Notes under the pieces: generated by a model | The model's database searches: none | What the model was told of the DNA's origin: nothing | What the model saw: only the letters and a program-made list of their open reading frames with translations | Assembly: GCA_028718635.1 (NCBI GenBank) | Contig: JAQULK010000001.1 | Coordinates: forward strand, 479,755-543,754 | From: Minisyncoccota bacterium | Lineage (GTDB): Bacteria; Patescibacteriota; Minisyncoccia; Phycocordibacterales; UBA9973 | Direction: 5' to 3' | Length of the DNA stretch: 64,000 nt | Shown here: positions 9,007-19,408 of the stretch, in pieces | Position numbering within the stretch: position 1 is the first letter of the stretch | How the letters are laid out: the number at the start of each line of letters is the position of its first letter | Translations under genes and position numbers: made by a program

Positions 9007-10624
9007 CTGTATTTATAGCATCACGGGGATTGCTATTTTCGGAGGATTATTCATAATAATGAACATGGCGCGTTTGTGGAGAAAAACATTTTCGAAAATA
9101 AAAGAAATTTTAGCTACAATATGGCAATACATTTTTGCGCTTGATTATGTCAAATCGCACAAATTAGAAATGTCCGAAAGCGAGCAAAAATTCCGCCTTA
9201 TTGCCGAATCGGTAAACAATGCAATCATTACATTCGATGATGCCGGACTCGTGGTGTATTGGAACAAGAGCGCCAAACGCATTTTCGGCTATGATGAGAG
9301 GGAAGTCCTTGGAAAGTCATTTATTTTAGGTAAGAACGAAAAAGAGAACAACTGGAACGTAGAAAAAAATACCTCTGTCGAGATAATTGGTGTGCGGAAA
9401 AACGGTGAAGAATTTCCCCTGAAAGTTTCATATTCGTCGTGGAAAATCGGCGTGAAGATTTTTCATACAGCAATAGCCCGCGATGTCGGACGTTACCGTG
9501 AATCAGAACAGAAACTTCGGGATTATGCTCAAAAAATGGAGGAAGGCAAAGCATTCGATGATGCGCTTCTTTTGAGTATTGCCGACGGTATTCTGGTAAC
9601 CGATACAATCGGCAGAATTACTTACATCAACAAAGCGCTCGAGGGGCTCTGTGGTATGAAGTCTTCTGAGTTATTACACCATGATCTGGATGAAAGTATC
9701 CCTTTTTTTGATGAGTTTAAGAGAAGAGTGCCACGGGACAAACGGCCTATATATATAGCGCTCGATGCAGAAAAAAGAAAAGAATTCTCGTCAGTCGCAA
9801 AATCTGCTACCTTTTATTTGGCTAATAAAAAAAGTAAACGCCTAATTCCTTTATCTATTAGTTCTGCACCGCTCGTAATAGATGGCAGTGTCAGGGGAGC
9901 GATCGGAGTTTGGCGCGACATCACCAATGAAAAAGAGATAAATAAAGCGAAAGATGAATTTTTATCTTTAGCAGCACATCAATTACGAACCCCGCTCACT
10001 ACTATTTCTTTAACCACAGAAATGCTGATGAAAAATGTGGTAGGGGATATAAATAAGGAGAATAGAAAATATTTGAAAAGCATTTTTAAAGAGGTGAAAA
10101 ATATGACAGAGATGGTTCAAACATTCTTAAATATTTCCCGTATAGAAATGGGTAAATTTGAAATAAAGCCGAAACCGGTAAAATTATTCGAGGAGATAGA
10201 AGAAATAGCCGAAGCAGTATTGCCTCAAATTAATCACAAGAAAGTCCGTTTTAAGAAGAAATATGATAAAAATCTTCCTACTCTAAACTTAGACAGAAGA
10301 GTTTTTAGAATAATTCTTGAAAATCTTCTTTCAAATGCTATTAAATATTCGAGACTAAACGGTCAGATAACTCTACTTGCAAAAGAAACTAGTAATAATG
10401 CTATAATACAAGTTACGGATAATGGTATTGGTATTCCGAAAAAAGATCAAGACAAAATATTTACAAAAATGTTTCGAGCAAAAAATGTTTCTGAAATCAA
10501 AAGCAATGGTTCAGGATTGGGTCTTTATTTGGTAAAAAATCTTGCAGAACAAAATGGTTATAAGGTCTCTGTCAAATCAAAAGAAGGCAAAGGCACTACT
10601 TTTTCAATTTCTTTGCCTCTCTAA
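8972..10624 (+). CDS. PAS-domain sensor histidine kinase (start uncertain)
   Basis: HisKA box EFLSLAAHQLRTPLT, HATPase_c G-boxes DNGIGIP and GSGLGLYLV; two PAS-like segments; N-terminal TM. Confidence 0.8.
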   Translation: MLKNGGLNQSLSCIYSITGIAIFGGLFIIMNMARLWRKTFSKIKEILATIWQYIFALDYVKSHKLEMSESEQKFRLIAESVNNAIITFDDAGLVVYWNKSAKRIFGYDEREVLGKSFILGKNEKENNWNVEKNTSVEIIGVRKNGEEFPLKVSYSSWKIGVKIFHTAIARDVGRYRESEQKLRDYAQKMEEGKAFDDALLLSIADGILVTDTIGRITYINKALEGLCGMKSSELLHHDLDESIPFFDEFKRRVPRDKRPIYIALDAEKRKEFSSVAKSATFYLANKKSKRLIPLSISSAPLVIDGSVRGAIGVWRDITNEKEINKAKDEFLSLAAHQLRTPLTTISLTTEMLMKNVVGDINKENRKYLKSIFKEVKNMTEMVQTFLNISRIEMGKFEIKPKPVKLFEEIEEIAEAVLPQINHKKVRFKKKYDKNLPTLNLDRRVFRIILENLLSNAIKYSRLNGQITLLAKETSNNAIIQVTDNGIGIPKKDQDKIFTKMFRAKNVSEIKSNGSGLGLYLVKNLAEQNGYKVSVKSKEGKGTTFSISLPL

Positions 10625-10628
10625 TTTT

Positions 10629-11306
10629 ATGCAAACAAATCAAAAAAATTATAAATATCTTGGAGTGATCAGTGTTTTCTTTGTTTCTATTTTATTAATT
10701 TCTAATGTTGCTTCGACAAAGATTTTAGATTTTGGTTTGTTTACTTTTGATGGGGGAACTTTGCTTTTTCCTCTTTCTTATATCTTTGGAGATATATTAA
10801 CCGAAGTTTATGGTTATAAAAAAGGGAGAAGCGTTATTTGGCTTGGATTTTTTATGGCTTTATTGATGTCAGTTATTTTTATAATAGTGGGCAAACTTCC
10901 TCCTGCAGTAGGTTGGGATAATCAAGCTGCGTATGATGCCATTTTAGGGTTAACACCGAGAATTGTGATAGCAAGTTTAATAGCCTACCTCTGTGGGGAA
11001 TTTTCTAATTCGTATGTTTTAGCCAAAATGAAAATATGGACTAATGGTAAATGGCTCTGGACTAGAACAATAGGATCAACTCTCATCGGAGAGCTGATAG
11101 ACAGCACTCTTTTTATTTCGATAGCTTTCCTTGGCGTCCTTCCTAATTCTTTGCTTTTTACCTTAATAATTTCCAATTATATATTCAAAACTGCAGTGGA
11201 GGTGCTGTTTACGCCGGCTACTTATAAAGTTGTGAAATTCCTAAAGAGGGAAGAGGGCGAAGATTATTACGACAAAGACACAGATTTTAATCCGTTTAGA
11301 GTTTAA
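10629..11306 (+). CDS. queuosine-precursor transporter family (YhhQ/DUF165) membrane protein
   Basis: Start set at ATG 10629 (MQTNQ); multi-TM protein with YhhQ-like conserved stretches (GGTLLFPLSYIFGDILTEVYGY). Confidence 0.6.
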   Translation: MQTNQKNYKYLGVISVFFVSILLISNVASTKILDFGLFTFDGGTLLFPLSYIFGDILTEVYGYKKGRSVIWLGFFMALLMSVIFIIVGKLPPAVGWDNQAAYDAILGLTPRIVIASLIAYLCGEFSNSYVLAKMKIWTNGKWLWTRTIGSTLIGELIDSTLFISIAFLGVLPNSLLFTLIISNYIFKTAVEVLFTPATYKVVKFLKREEGEDYYDKDTDFNPFRV

Positions 11307-11313
11307 GAATCGT

Positions 11314-11425
11314 GAATTACGAAACATAAACTTTTCTTAGGTACGGATTTTTCGAAGCTTGAAAAATCCTGAAGTTCTCGCGCCGTCGCGCTCGAAACCC
11401 CTGCGAAAAGTTATGTTTCGTAATT
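11314..11425. repeat. ~112-bp palindromic repeat, copy 2 (orientation A)
   Basis: Near-identical to copy 1 (cgcgccgTcgcgc variant); its 3' end supplies the stop codon of 11424-11765 gene. Confidence 0.75.
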
Positions 11426-11765
11426 ATTCTCTTTTCTCAAATACTTGCAAGACCCAGCCTATGATTGCAAGGACAATACCGAATAAAAACGCAGACCAGA
11501 AACTGTCCACTGTAAACCCTGGGACGATGTAGCTTGCCAGCATGACCAACAATCCATTTATAACTAAAACAAAAAGACCGAGGGTGAAGATTGTGATAGG
11601 CAAAGTTAAAAATATAAGTATCGGACGCAAGATAAGATTAATGGCTCCAAGAACGACAGCTAGAACAAAGGCTGCCAATAATCCGCTGACATGCACTCCG
11701 GGCAAGATATAAGCTGTTATTAATATTGCTATCGTCGAAACGATAAAATGTATAAATGTTTTCAT
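11424..11765 (-). CDS. DUF360 / phage-holin-4_2 family 4-TM membrane protein
   Basis: ILPGVHVSGLLAAFVLAVVLGAINLILRPIL... pattern typical of PF04020 family. Confidence 0.55.
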   Translation of the reverse strand: MKTFIHFIVSTIAILITAYILPGVHVSGLLAAFVLAVVLGAINLILRPILIFLTLPITIFTLGLFVLVINGLLVMLASYIVPGFTVDSFWSAFLFGIVLAIIGWVLQVFEKRE

Positions 11766-11805
11766 ATATGTTTATTATAACAATCAACTATGATAAAATA
11801 CAAGT

Positions 11806-12009
11806 ATGAAAAATATTTCAAAAAATAAACAGGGCGGTTTTTTACAAATAATTATTCTTCTTATTATAGTTTTGCTTTTAATGAATTATTTTCATCTCAC
11901 TGTATCTGATATTTTGAATTATTTTAATCTTACTTGGGCTGAAATCATAAATTGGCTAAAGGGAGCTTTTGATTGGTTTAAATCATTATTTCAAAGCGTA
12001 GTAAGATAA
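11806..12009 (+). CDS. small hypothetical membrane protein
   Basis: 67-aa ORF with one hydrophobic helix; no homology recognised. Confidence 0.25.
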   Translation: MKNISKNKQGGFLQIIILLIIVLLLMNYFHLTVSDILNYFNLTWAEIINWLKGAFDWFKSLFQSVVR

Positions 12010-12048
12010 GTTAAATACAACATATATTTATTATTATGTGGATAAGTT

Positions 12049-12083
12049 CGCTTTACATATATTGTGCGAACTAGTATACTATT
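12049..12083 (+). promoter_or_regulatory. candidate sigma70-type promoter (TTTACA-17-TATACT) upstream of xer gene
   Basis: Hexamers read from sequence with 17-nt spacer, ~5 nt before ATG 12088. Confidence 0.3.
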
Positions 12084-12087
12084 GTTT

Positions 12088-13068
12088 ATGAACAGCAAAA
12101 ATGTCACTCAACCAATATCCCAATATATTCTCCCCTTTCTTGATTACTGTGAAATTGAAAAAGGATTATCTAATAATACACAACGCAATTATGAGCAGTA
12201 TCTTAAATTATTTACTGATTGGCTAAAGAAAAATAATAATGAAGACTTGAAGCCACATGAATTAACCGCAAACCATATTTGGGATTATAGGTTATATTTA
12301 GCTCGAAGCTATAAAACGCGTTCTGGCGAATATTTGGGTAAGAAATCTCAAAATTATTATCTTATAGCGGTACGCGCTCTCCTTGATTTTCTTGCTGATC
12401 GTGATATAGAAACACTTTCCTCTTCTAAGGTTAAATTAGCTAAACAAAAAACAGATGAAACTATTTCTTTTCTTGAAGTTCGCGACATTGAAGAAATGCT
12501 AAAAACATCTGATATAAAAACTTCTATTGGTCTTCGCGATCGCACAATCATGGAACTATTCTTTTCGTCTGGTATGCGTATTTCTGAATTAGTAGCATTA
12601 AATGTTGATCAGATGTCATTTTTGAAAGATAAGGATACAAAACGTACATTTGAGCTTTCTATTGTTGGAAAAGGGAAACACATACGAACTATATTTATTT
12701 CTCCTCGCGCGGCTCTATGGCTTAGGATTTACCTAGCGTCAAGAAAAGATGTTCAGAAGAAGCCCTTATTCATAAATCATCGCGGAAAAGATATAGATGA
12801 TGATCACAGACTTACTCCCCGCTCAATACAGAAAATGATTTCAAGATGTGCAATACTTGCAGGAATTTCAAAAAAAGTTACGCCACATACGCTTCGCCAT
12901 AGCTATGCTACCGATCTTTTGAGCCATGGGGCTGACTTACGAAGTGTGCAAGAGCTTCTAGGCCATAAGAATGTTGCTACGACGCAGATTTATACCCACG
13001 TAACAAACAAGGGGCTTAGAGATATACATGAAAAGTTTCATGGAGGAAAGGAGCTTGATAATAAATAA
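12088..13068 (+). CDS. tyrosine site-specific recombinase XerC/XerD family
   Basis: C-terminal HTLRHSYATDLL...LGHKNVATTQIYTHV catalytic box with Tyr; N-terminal SAM-like domain; start at ATG 12088 (MNSKNV). Confidence 0.85.
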   Translation: MNSKNVTQPISQYILPFLDYCEIEKGLSNNTQRNYEQYLKLFTDWLKKNNNEDLKPHELTANHIWDYRLYLARSYKTRSGEYLGKKSQNYYLIAVRALLDFLADRDIETLSSSKVKLAKQKTDETISFLEVRDIEEMLKTSDIKTSIGLRDRTIMELFFSSGMRISELVALNVDQMSFLKDKDTKRTFELSIVGKGKHIRTIFISPRAALWLRIYLASRKDVQKKPLFINHRGKDIDDDHRLTPRSIQKMISRCAILAGISKKVTPHTLRHSYATDLLSHGADLRSVQELLGHKNVATTQIYTHVTNKGLRDIHEKFHGGKELDNK

Positions 13069-13102
13069 CATATTATTATGACCAGATATTGTATAACTTT
13101 TA

Positions 13103-13564
13103 TTACCTACACGAGGTAGAAAGCGTATATCCGGCCGCTTGCGCCTCTTCCCCTGTTGTAAAGTAAACTCTGTTTTCTTGTTTGATAGTTTTCCCAGCAG
13201 AACAACCTAGAGAATAATATTTACTTCCCTTGCTTGAAGCAAAGAAATTTTTTCCTGAATTATTTGTATTATTTTCAGCTGGTGCCCTATTTTCGCTATT
13301 TATGAACGCAGATAGAACATTAGCCGTTTTGCCCGTAATTGGGTTCGTATATTCGATTTTTAGGCCTTTCTGGCTGTTTTTCTTTGATAGTCTACCTAGC
13401 TCAAATGACCCTATGCCCACTAGAATTACAATAACAACTACTAAAATATCCTTCCCCTTTTCGCTTTCTATGAATTGCTTGACCCCGTTAAAGACAGAGG
13501 GTCGCTGCGAGCCCTCGCGGTCTTTAACGGGGTTGATTTTTTCTTGGGAATTGTGTAGACTCAT
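13103..13564 (-). CDS. membrane-anchored protein with C-terminal Ada-like metal-binding domain
   Basis: Single TM (ILVVVIVILVGIG) then C-terminus ...KYYSLGCSAGKTIKQENRVYFTTGEEAQAAGYTLSTSCR resembling Ada_Zn_binding (YFxxxxEAxAAGYRPC). Start set at MSLHN to avoid overlap with rpmA. Confidence 0.4.
   Translation of the reverse strand: MSLHNSQEKINPVKDREGSQRPSVFNGVKQFIESEKGKDILVVVIVILVGIGSFELGRLSKKNSQKGLKIEYTNPITGKTANVLSAFINSENRAPAENNTNNSGKNFFASSKGSKYYSLGCSAGKTIKQENRVYFTTGEEAQAAGYTLSTSCR
13493..13532. mobile_element. 40-bp MITE-like palindrome (CCCCGTTAAAGAC ... GTCTTTAACGGGG) with flanking TTGA direct repeat, inside CDS 13103-13564
   Basis: 13-bp perfect TIRs related to CCYGTTAGARAY core of elements at 1737 and 3557; GC-rich loop; reading frame stays open through it. 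Confidence 0.35.
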
Positions 13565-13596
13565 ATTATTACTTATAAAGTATAACATAAAACAAC

Positions 13597-13872
13597 ATGG
13601 CACATAGAAAGGCGGGCGGAACCGCGAAAAACTTAAGAGATTCAAATCCACAATACCTTGGCATAAAGCTTACAGATGGCCAAAAGGCTCAATCTGGGTC
13701 TATTATCGTTCGTCAACGAGGTACAGCTATAATGGCTGGTGTAAACGTATCTACAGGCAAAGATCATACCCTTTTCGCTATTAAAGACGGGATAGTAAAA
13801 TTTGGCACTAAACGCAAAACATCTTTCAACGGCAAAACTGCGGTTAAAAAATTAGTAAACGTAGTATCTTAA
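13597..13872 (+). CDS. rpmA: 50S ribosomal protein L27
   Basis: [24 protein letters not shown]... canonical L27. Confidence 0.9.
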   Translation: MAHRKAGGTAKNLRDSNPQYLGIKLTDGQKAQSGSIIVRQRGTAIMAGVNVSTGKDHTLFAIKDGIVKFGTKRKTSFNGKTAVKKLVNVVS

Positions 13873-14312
13873 GCTTTCTCTACTTTTAGTTTAAAATAAG
13901 ACTTTTTATCTTTTACAGAAATTGGGATTTCAAACTCCCCTATTTCTTTAATCGGTTTTTCTAACACAATGGATTCTTCGCTGATCTCAGCTCCGTGTTG
14001 AGCTTTCATTTCTTTTATGATTTCCTTATTTTTTATTCCGGAAAATAAATGCCCTTTTTCATCCGCTTTAGATTTTATGGTGACGATTTTCCCTTTTATT
14101 TCTTCCAAATTTTTCAAGAGAAGGCTTTCCTGAGTTTCTCTTTCTATTCTGATATTTTTCATTTTCTTTTCCAGTTGAGCGATCGCGTTTGGAGTCGCCA
14201 TTTCTGCTAGCTTTCTTGGAATCAAAAAATTCAAAGCGTATCCGTCATTGACGTCCTTAATGACATATTTTTTTCCTACTCTCGGTACGTCTTTTAAAAA
14301 TATTACTTTCAT
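13869..14312 (-). CDS. rplI: 50S ribosomal protein L9
   Basis: [32 protein letters not shown] canonical L9 N-domain. Confidence 0.9.
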   Translation of the reverse strand: MKVIFLKDVPRVGKKYVIKDVNDGYALNFLIPRKLAEMATPNAIAQLEKKMKNIRIERETQESLLLKNLEEIKGKIVTIKSKADEKGHLFSGIKNKEIIKEMKAQHGAEISEESIVLEKPIKEIGEFEIPISVKDKKSYFKLKVEKA

Positions 14313-15592
14313 GATTTTAACAATAATTCTACTGCCTTATCCATTTGTGGATCTATTTTTGTATCTAAATCTTTTTGAGTTATTTCCACAGGGTAATCCG
14401 GCGTTAAACCCTTTTCAGAGATGGAAGTTCCATTAGGAGTCAGCCATTTTGCCACGGTAATTTTTAAAATCGTATCTGGAGTCACGTCGACGACTTCTTG
14501 TACTGATCCCTTGCCGAAACTTTGACTTCCTACTAATTTTGCCCTTTTGTTATCTTGCATAGCCCCAGCCAGAATTTCAGAAGCCGAAGCTGAACCGCCG
14601 TCTATCAAAATTACAAATTTCAATTTGTCATTAAAAATATTATAACCCTTGCTTCTAAAGATCTCCGCCTTTCTATTATTGCCGTAGTCTTCAGTCACGA
14701 CGGTTTTTCCGCTTGGCAAGAACCAGCTTGCCATATCCACAGCGGCATCCAAATATCCACCAGGATTTCCTCGCAAATCAAGCAAAAGTTTGTCTGAACC
14801 AGATTCTGAAAATTTCTTCATGGCATTGCGGAAAAGATTGGCGGAATTGGCAGAAAAACTATAAAGTTTTATTACGAAAATCCCATCGGTTCTTTTTTCC
14901 GTATCCAAGGTTGGTATGTTTATAGTATCTCGCACAATTTTTATTTCTTCCGGTTTGTCGCTTCCCTCTCTCAAAATTGTGAGCGTAACTGCCGTTCCTT
15001 TTGGCCCTCTTATTAATTTAATTGCTTCGTCAATACTTAAGCTAGAAGTCATAGTTGAGTCAATTTTAAGAATTTTATCGCCGGATTTTATATTTGCCTG
15101 ATAAGCGGGAGTATTTTTGAGCGGAGCGATAACCGTGAGTATTTTATCTTTTAATCCTACTTCAATGCCAATACCATCAAAATTACCGGCAATTTCTTCC
15201 TCAAAAGACTTTGTCTCGTCTGGATTAAAAAATACGCTGTATGGGTCGTTTAACGAGCTTACAAGCCCTCCAATAGCTCCGTAGACCTTGTCTTGGTCAG
15301 TAGTTTTACCTACAGACGGACTCTTTTCATTAATGATATTCCAAACTTTCCAAAATGGGGCAAAGTCTGTTTTTGTTATGACCTGGGTTTCTTTATTGGA
15401 AATACCTATGACCTTATCTATCTCCGGTCTGTTTGAGTCGCCGACATACACGCCTCCGATGAAAGTAATCATAAACAAAAAAACTATTAAAATAGTGAAA
15501 GCGACACGTCTTGTTTTTAAAAAATCAGCGAATTTTTGCATTATATTATATATTTTCTTCTTTTCTGAAATCGTTTTCTTTAAAATTGTCAA
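14309..15592 (-). CDS. ctpA: carboxyl-terminal processing protease (S41, with PDZ)
   Basis: [15 protein letters not shown] and [18 protein letters not shown]41 catalytic motifs; N-terminal TM anchor. Confidence 0.85.
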   Translation of the reverse strand: MTILKKTISEKKKIYNIMQKFADFLKTRRVAFTILIVFLFMITFIGGVYVGDSNRPEIDKVIGISNKETQVITKTDFAPFWKVWNIINEKSPSVGKTTDQDKVYGAIGGLVSSLNDPYSVFFNPDETKSFEEEIAGNFDGIGIEVGLKDKILTVIAPLKNTPAYQANIKSGDKILKIDSTMTSSLSIDEAIKLIRGPKGTAVTLTILREGSDKPEEIKIVRDTINIPTLDTEKRTDGIFVIKLYSFSANSANLFRNAMKKFSESGSDKLLLDLRGNPGGYLDAAVDMASWFLPSGKTVVTEDYGNNRKAEIFRSKGYNIFNDKLKFVILIDGGSASASEILAGAMQDNKRAKLVGSQSFGKGSVQEVVDVTPDTILKITVAKWLTPNGTSISEKGLTPDYPVEITQKDLDTKIDPQMDKAVELLLKS

Positions 15593-15776
15593 AAGTTTTT
15601 TCCATTTTTATTTCTTTAATTTTTGGTTCTTTACACAGAATATAACCTAAATAAACTAGCCCAAGCCCAGAAAGAGTAGTTAAAACATCTTTCCATGAAT
15701 ATGGAAAACCTAAATATGGCAATATCGTTATCCAAATACCTAAAAACAAAAATATGCGCACTTTTTTCATAAGCAT
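15546..15776 (-). CDS. small hypothetical membrane protein
   Basis: 76-aa ORF, two hydrophobic helices; overlaps ctpA 5' end so one of the two starts is probably shorter. Confidence 0.2.
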   Translation of the reverse strand: MLMKKVRIFLFLGIWITILPYLGFPYSWKDVLTTLSGLGLVYLGYILCKEPKIKEIKMEKTFDNFKENDFRKEENI

Positions 15777-15811
15777 ATTGTATCAGTAAAAGACGAATAT
15801 ATGCAAGCCCA

Positions 15812-16585
15812 TTATTTCAAAAAAGCATCTATATTTTTTTTGTGCTGTTCGTAAGTTGCCGCGCAGTGGATTTTTCTATTTTTATCGTGCAAGTAAAAAA
15901 GACAATTGGTTTTTTGCGGATTGTAGGCAGCATTGATGGCAGCCAGGCCTGGGTTTGCGATAGGTCCGGGCGGTAGTCCAGCATAGAGGTAAGTATTGTA
16001 TGAAGAGTTTATTTTTTTATCCTCAGAGGTTACATTTTGCCACCATCCATCTTCTTCGCTACCCTTGGCATATTGCAAAGTCGCGTCTACTTGCAGTTTC
16101 ATTCCATTGAAAATACGATTCCAAATTATTCCGGAAATCAAAGCCATATCATCTTTACTCCCCGCTTCCCGCTGGATGATAGAAGCGATTTTGATGACAG
16201 TGTCTTCATTGGTTATTTGTTTGGATTTTGGTTTTTTAACGGTACTTACTTGTTTATTAAATTCGTCAAGCATCGTTGTTTTGACCGTAGAAGGATCGTC
16301 ATCCTTGTAGATTAAATAAGTTTTTGGGAAATAATAGCCCTCCACGCTTGCATTAATAAAATCCTCTTTTTCCTGCGTGTTCCAATTGAGCTTGTCTGCC
16401 ACCACCTGCGCCACTTGTTCTTTGCGCAGACCCTCCTCCACCCTGACTATGCGCATAGAAGGGTTCGCCAGGCTCAAATAAAAAGAAATCCTAGTGAGCA
16501 GAGACGGATCGAATTTATAGTAAAAAACCAAAGTGGATATCAGTACAACGAAAAGAAAAATTAATGTAATAATATATTTCTTCAT
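15812..16585 (-). CDS. mltG: endolytic murein transglycosylase MltG (YceG family)
   Basis: N-terminal TM, YceG-like core with GLPPGPIANPG and C-terminal ...YLHDKNRKIHCAATYEQH. Confidence 0.8.
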   Translation of the reverse strand: MKKYIITLIFLFVVLISTLVFYYKFDPSLLTRISFYLSLANPSMRIVRVEEGLRKEQVAQVVADKLNWNTQEKEDFINASVEGYYFPKTYLIYKDDDPSTVKTTMLDEFNKQVSTVKKPKSKQITNEDTVIKIASIIQREAGSKDDMALISGIIWNRIFNGMKLQVDATLQYAKGSEEDGWWQNVTSEDKKINSSYNTYLYAGLPPGPIANPGLAAINAAYNPQKTNCLFYLHDKNRKIHCAATYEQHKKNIDAFLK

Positions 16586-16610
16586 TAATATAATTGTAAC
16601 ACAAAAAAGT

Positions 16611-17603
16611 CTAGTTCTGAATTGAATAATCTAAACTTTGAGTGATTATCATATTGTGATGGCTTAAATAATAGTTTATAGAAAAAATTGCCCCGATAAT
16701 AGCCAGAACGATTAAGCCATTTGTTATTAAATCAATATGATGATTTTTCATTTTTAGAATAATATATAAAAGCAATGCAATAAAAATTATTCCAAAAATA
16801 ACGTAAAGAATTATATTGGTAGTGTTGCGAGGCGAAGCCAATAATTTTTGCCAGAAAGTAGGATTTTGAATTGGATTTGTTGTGGTATTTAGAATAGCGT
16901 TGTTAGGGGTATTTTCTACATTTTCTACGGTCTCTGTTCCGAGAACATTTGCTGGTTCTTTTGTGTTTGCAACCTTAGGTGTTGTTACTGTTATTTTTGT
17001 AGTTGTTTTTTGGGGCTGGTTTTGAGTTACTGTTTCTGGTAAAGGATTTGCATATACTTGTGCCACGAATATTGTTTCTCTGCCTTGATAAATGCCTTTT
17101 GCGATTCCTGTGCCTATCTCTGTGTAGTTCCCTTTTACGATATTTGCTCTGTGGGTAGGGCTCGCCATCCACGCATTCGTAACATCTCTGGAGTCGCTAA
17201 AATTAATAGCGAGGTTTTCACCCGCGTATTGGTATTTGTAACCGACTTGCATGAGCCAATACCAAGGGGTTTTTCCTTCAGGACTGGTGTGGGAGAAATA
17301 GCTTTTTGTCGCCATGTCATTTGCTTTCATTTCGGCTGCCTTGTTTAAAATCGGACTCACGGTTAAAGTCGGAAGATTTTGAGATTGTCGTTCAATATTT
17401 GTAAGATCATCCAAAACTGCGGGCAAGACAGTGGCCATGCCCCCTTTGGTGTTTAGATGCGTGAGTGTCGGGATTAAGAAAGTGAAGAGCTCAAATAAAA
17501 TAATAATCGCGACGATATTGCGAGTGCTCACATCCCGCAAGATATGCGGGCGATGATTATTTCCTTCGTGTGGAATAAAATGTTTTTTAAGCCAAGAAAA
17601 CAT
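16611..17603 (-). CDS. CAP/SCP (PR-1-like) domain protein with TM segments
   Basis: CAP-domain signature stretch ...YTEIGTGIA...VAQVYA; hydrophobic N-terminal and C-terminal helices. Confidence 0.55.
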   Translation of the reverse strand: MFSWLKKHFIPHEGNNHRPHILRDVSTRNIVAIIILFELFTFLIPTLTHLNTKGGMATVLPAVLDDLTNIERQSQNLPTLTVSPILNKAAEMKANDMATKSYFSHTSPEGKTPWYWLMQVGYKYQYAGENLAINFSDSRDVTNAWMASPTHRANIVKGNYTEIGTGIAKGIYQGRETIFVAQVYANPLPETVTQNQPQKTTTKITVTTPKVANTKEPANVLGTETVENVENTPNNAILNTTTNPIQNPTFWQKLLASPRNTTNIILYVIFGIIFIALLLYIILKMKNHHIDLITNGLIVLAIIGAIFSINYYLSHHNMIITQSLDYSIQN

Positions 17604-17623
17604 TTGTATATTATATATAACAA

Positions 17624-17651
17624 AACCCTATCTGTAAAGATAGGGTTTTGT
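17624..17651. terminator. bidirectional rho-independent terminator (aaaaccctatctgtaaagatagggtttt)
   Basis: 10-bp stem, 6-nt loop, flanked by A/T runs, between CAP-domain gene and PBP2 gene. Confidence 0.5.
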
Positions 17652-17669
17652 TTGTTAGATTTAAAATGT

Positions 17670-19400
17670 TTATTTAAAATATTCTGGGGTATTTACAGAC
17701 ATCCAGTTTAGAAGCTGGCCCATAATAGATGCAGCGGCGCCACTGCCTGTTGAAGATGGCCCATTCTCCATCATTATTGCAAAAGCGTATTTGGGATTGT
17801 CGTAAGGGAAAAAGCCGATGACCCAGGAGTTCACTTTATTTTTTGCGAGGCCGACTTGCGCGGTACCGGTTTTTGCAGCGACTTGGGTAAAATTAACGTT
17901 GAGTGATTTTGCAGTTCCAGATGTAACAGCAAGCCTCATTCCTTGGTGGATGGTGTCAAAATAATTTTTGTTTAAATTTAGCAAAGTTTTTTGATTTTCC
18001 TTTTCTGTGTCTCCGAGAATTAAATGCGGAGTCAGCATTGTCCCCCCGTTTCCTATAGCGGCTACGGCGCGAACCATTTCCATCGGAGTCACTTGGAAAC
18101 CATATTGTCCGATGGCGGTGTGATAAGTGTCTCCAATGCGCCAAGGGTCATTTTTGAAATTCAAAGCTTTCCATTGCGGACTCGGGATTGTCCCCTTTTT
18201 TTCATCTGGCAAGTCGATTCCAGACCTGTCTCCAAAGCCAAAAAGCTTGGCATATTTTTCAATATTTGCTATTCCAAGCCCTTTTTGATCTTGAAATCCT
18301 CCCCCAATTTCATAAAAATATACATCCGAAGATACTGCCAAGGCTTCCATCATATTAGTCCAGCCGTTTACTTGCCAGTCCTTAAAAACAGTCTTTTGGT
18401 CAGGAAAATAAGGATTTGGAATAGAAATAGAACCCGTAGAAAGAATTTTTTTATATGGATCAATCACTCCTTCAGTCAGAGCTCCTAAGGCAAAAAATGG
18501 CTTCACGATAGACCCAGGGGTATAGAGTCCTGAGATATTTTTATCCAGAAAAACTTTCCTTTTATCCGTTAAGTAACTATTTATCGTCTGTACATCTTTT
18601 CCAAGAGATAAAATCTCAGAATTATACTCAGGAAAACTGGTAGTGGTTAGGATCTCTCCGTTTGTAGCATCCATTATCACCCCTGATCCGCCTGAAAAGG
18701 TTCTATTAGCTGAAAGATTTTTAATAAGATTAAATAGTTCTCCTTGAATTCGAGCGTCGATCGTAGTTACTAAATCTTTTCCTTGTTTGGGAGTATTTAC
18801 AATATTTTCTGAATAAATTTTACCGAAAGCATCAGTTTCCACTATTGTTGCTCCATTTTCGCCCTCAAGAGTATCGTTGTATTCTTTTTCCAATCCATCT
18901 TTTCCTATAAATTTACTTTGCCAAAAATTCCCAGTGTTGTCTTGCGAAGGATAGCTCACATATCCTAAAAGATGCGAAAATCCAGGAGATAAATATGCGC
19001 GAGCAGGAGGATTTGCGATTTTGTTTTCTTCAAGAGGTGGATTGATTCCAAGATCTCCTTTTTCGTTCCAGGCCAACTCCTTTTTATTTCGATCATAAAT
19101 TATCCCCCTGTCGGCAAAAATAAGAGTCTTTTCAAACATATTGTTTTGACTTCGGTTAAAATACGACTCACCTTTTTGTATTTGCAGATAGACTAGGCGA
19201 GCTCCAAAAATCCCAGAAAAAAATAAAAACAAAATACCCAGCACTAAAATAGTTTTTTTGGAGATCGGGCGCTCTATTCGCCCCTCAAATTGCTGGCGAT
19301 CAAAATTCTGCAAATTTTTTGAGTCTAGGAAAATTTCATCTGGCTCTACGAAGGAATTTTTATTTTTTAATTTATTTTTTTTAATTATTCTGGTGATCAT
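17670..19400 (-). CDS. penicillin-binding protein 2 / class B transpeptidase
   Basis: N-terminal TM, dimerisation domain, transpeptidase SIVKP (SxxK), SSD, KTGTA motifs. Confidence 0.85.
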   Translation of the reverse strand: MITRIIKKNKLKNKNSFVEPDEIFLDSKNLQNFDRQQFEGRIERPISKKTILVLGILFLFFSGIFGARLVYLQIQKGESYFNRSQNNMFEKTLIFADRGIIYDRNKKELAWNEKGDLGINPPLEENKIANPPARAYLSPGFSHLLGYVSYPSQDNTGNFWQSKFIGKDGLEKEYNDTLEGENGATIVETDAFGKIYSENIVNTPKQGKDLVTTIDARIQGELFNLIKNLSANRTFSGGSGVIMDATNGEILTTTSFPEYNSEILSLGKDVQTINSYLTDKRKVFLDKNISGLYTPGSIVKPFFALGALTEGVIDPYKKILSTGSISIPNPYFPDQKTVFKDWQVNGWTNMMEALAVSSDVYFYEIGGGFQDQKGLGIANIEKYAKLFGFGDRSGIDLPDEKKGTIPSPQWKALNFKNDPWRIGDTYHTAIGQYGFQVTPMEMVRAVAAIGNGGTMLTPHLILGDTEKENQKTLLNLNKNYFDTIHQGMRLAVTSGTAKSLNVNFTQVAAKTGTAQVGLAKNKVNSWVIGFFPYDNPKYAFAIMMENGPSSTGSGAAASIMGQLLNWMSVNTPEYFK

Positions 19401-19408
19401 GTTCGGTT

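Noticed and set aside
13230-13607. 125-aa plus-strand ORF
   Set aside because: It is antisense to the 13103-13564 gene and runs through the palindromic element. The minus-strand protein has a recognisable TM and C-terminal domain, so that one is preferred
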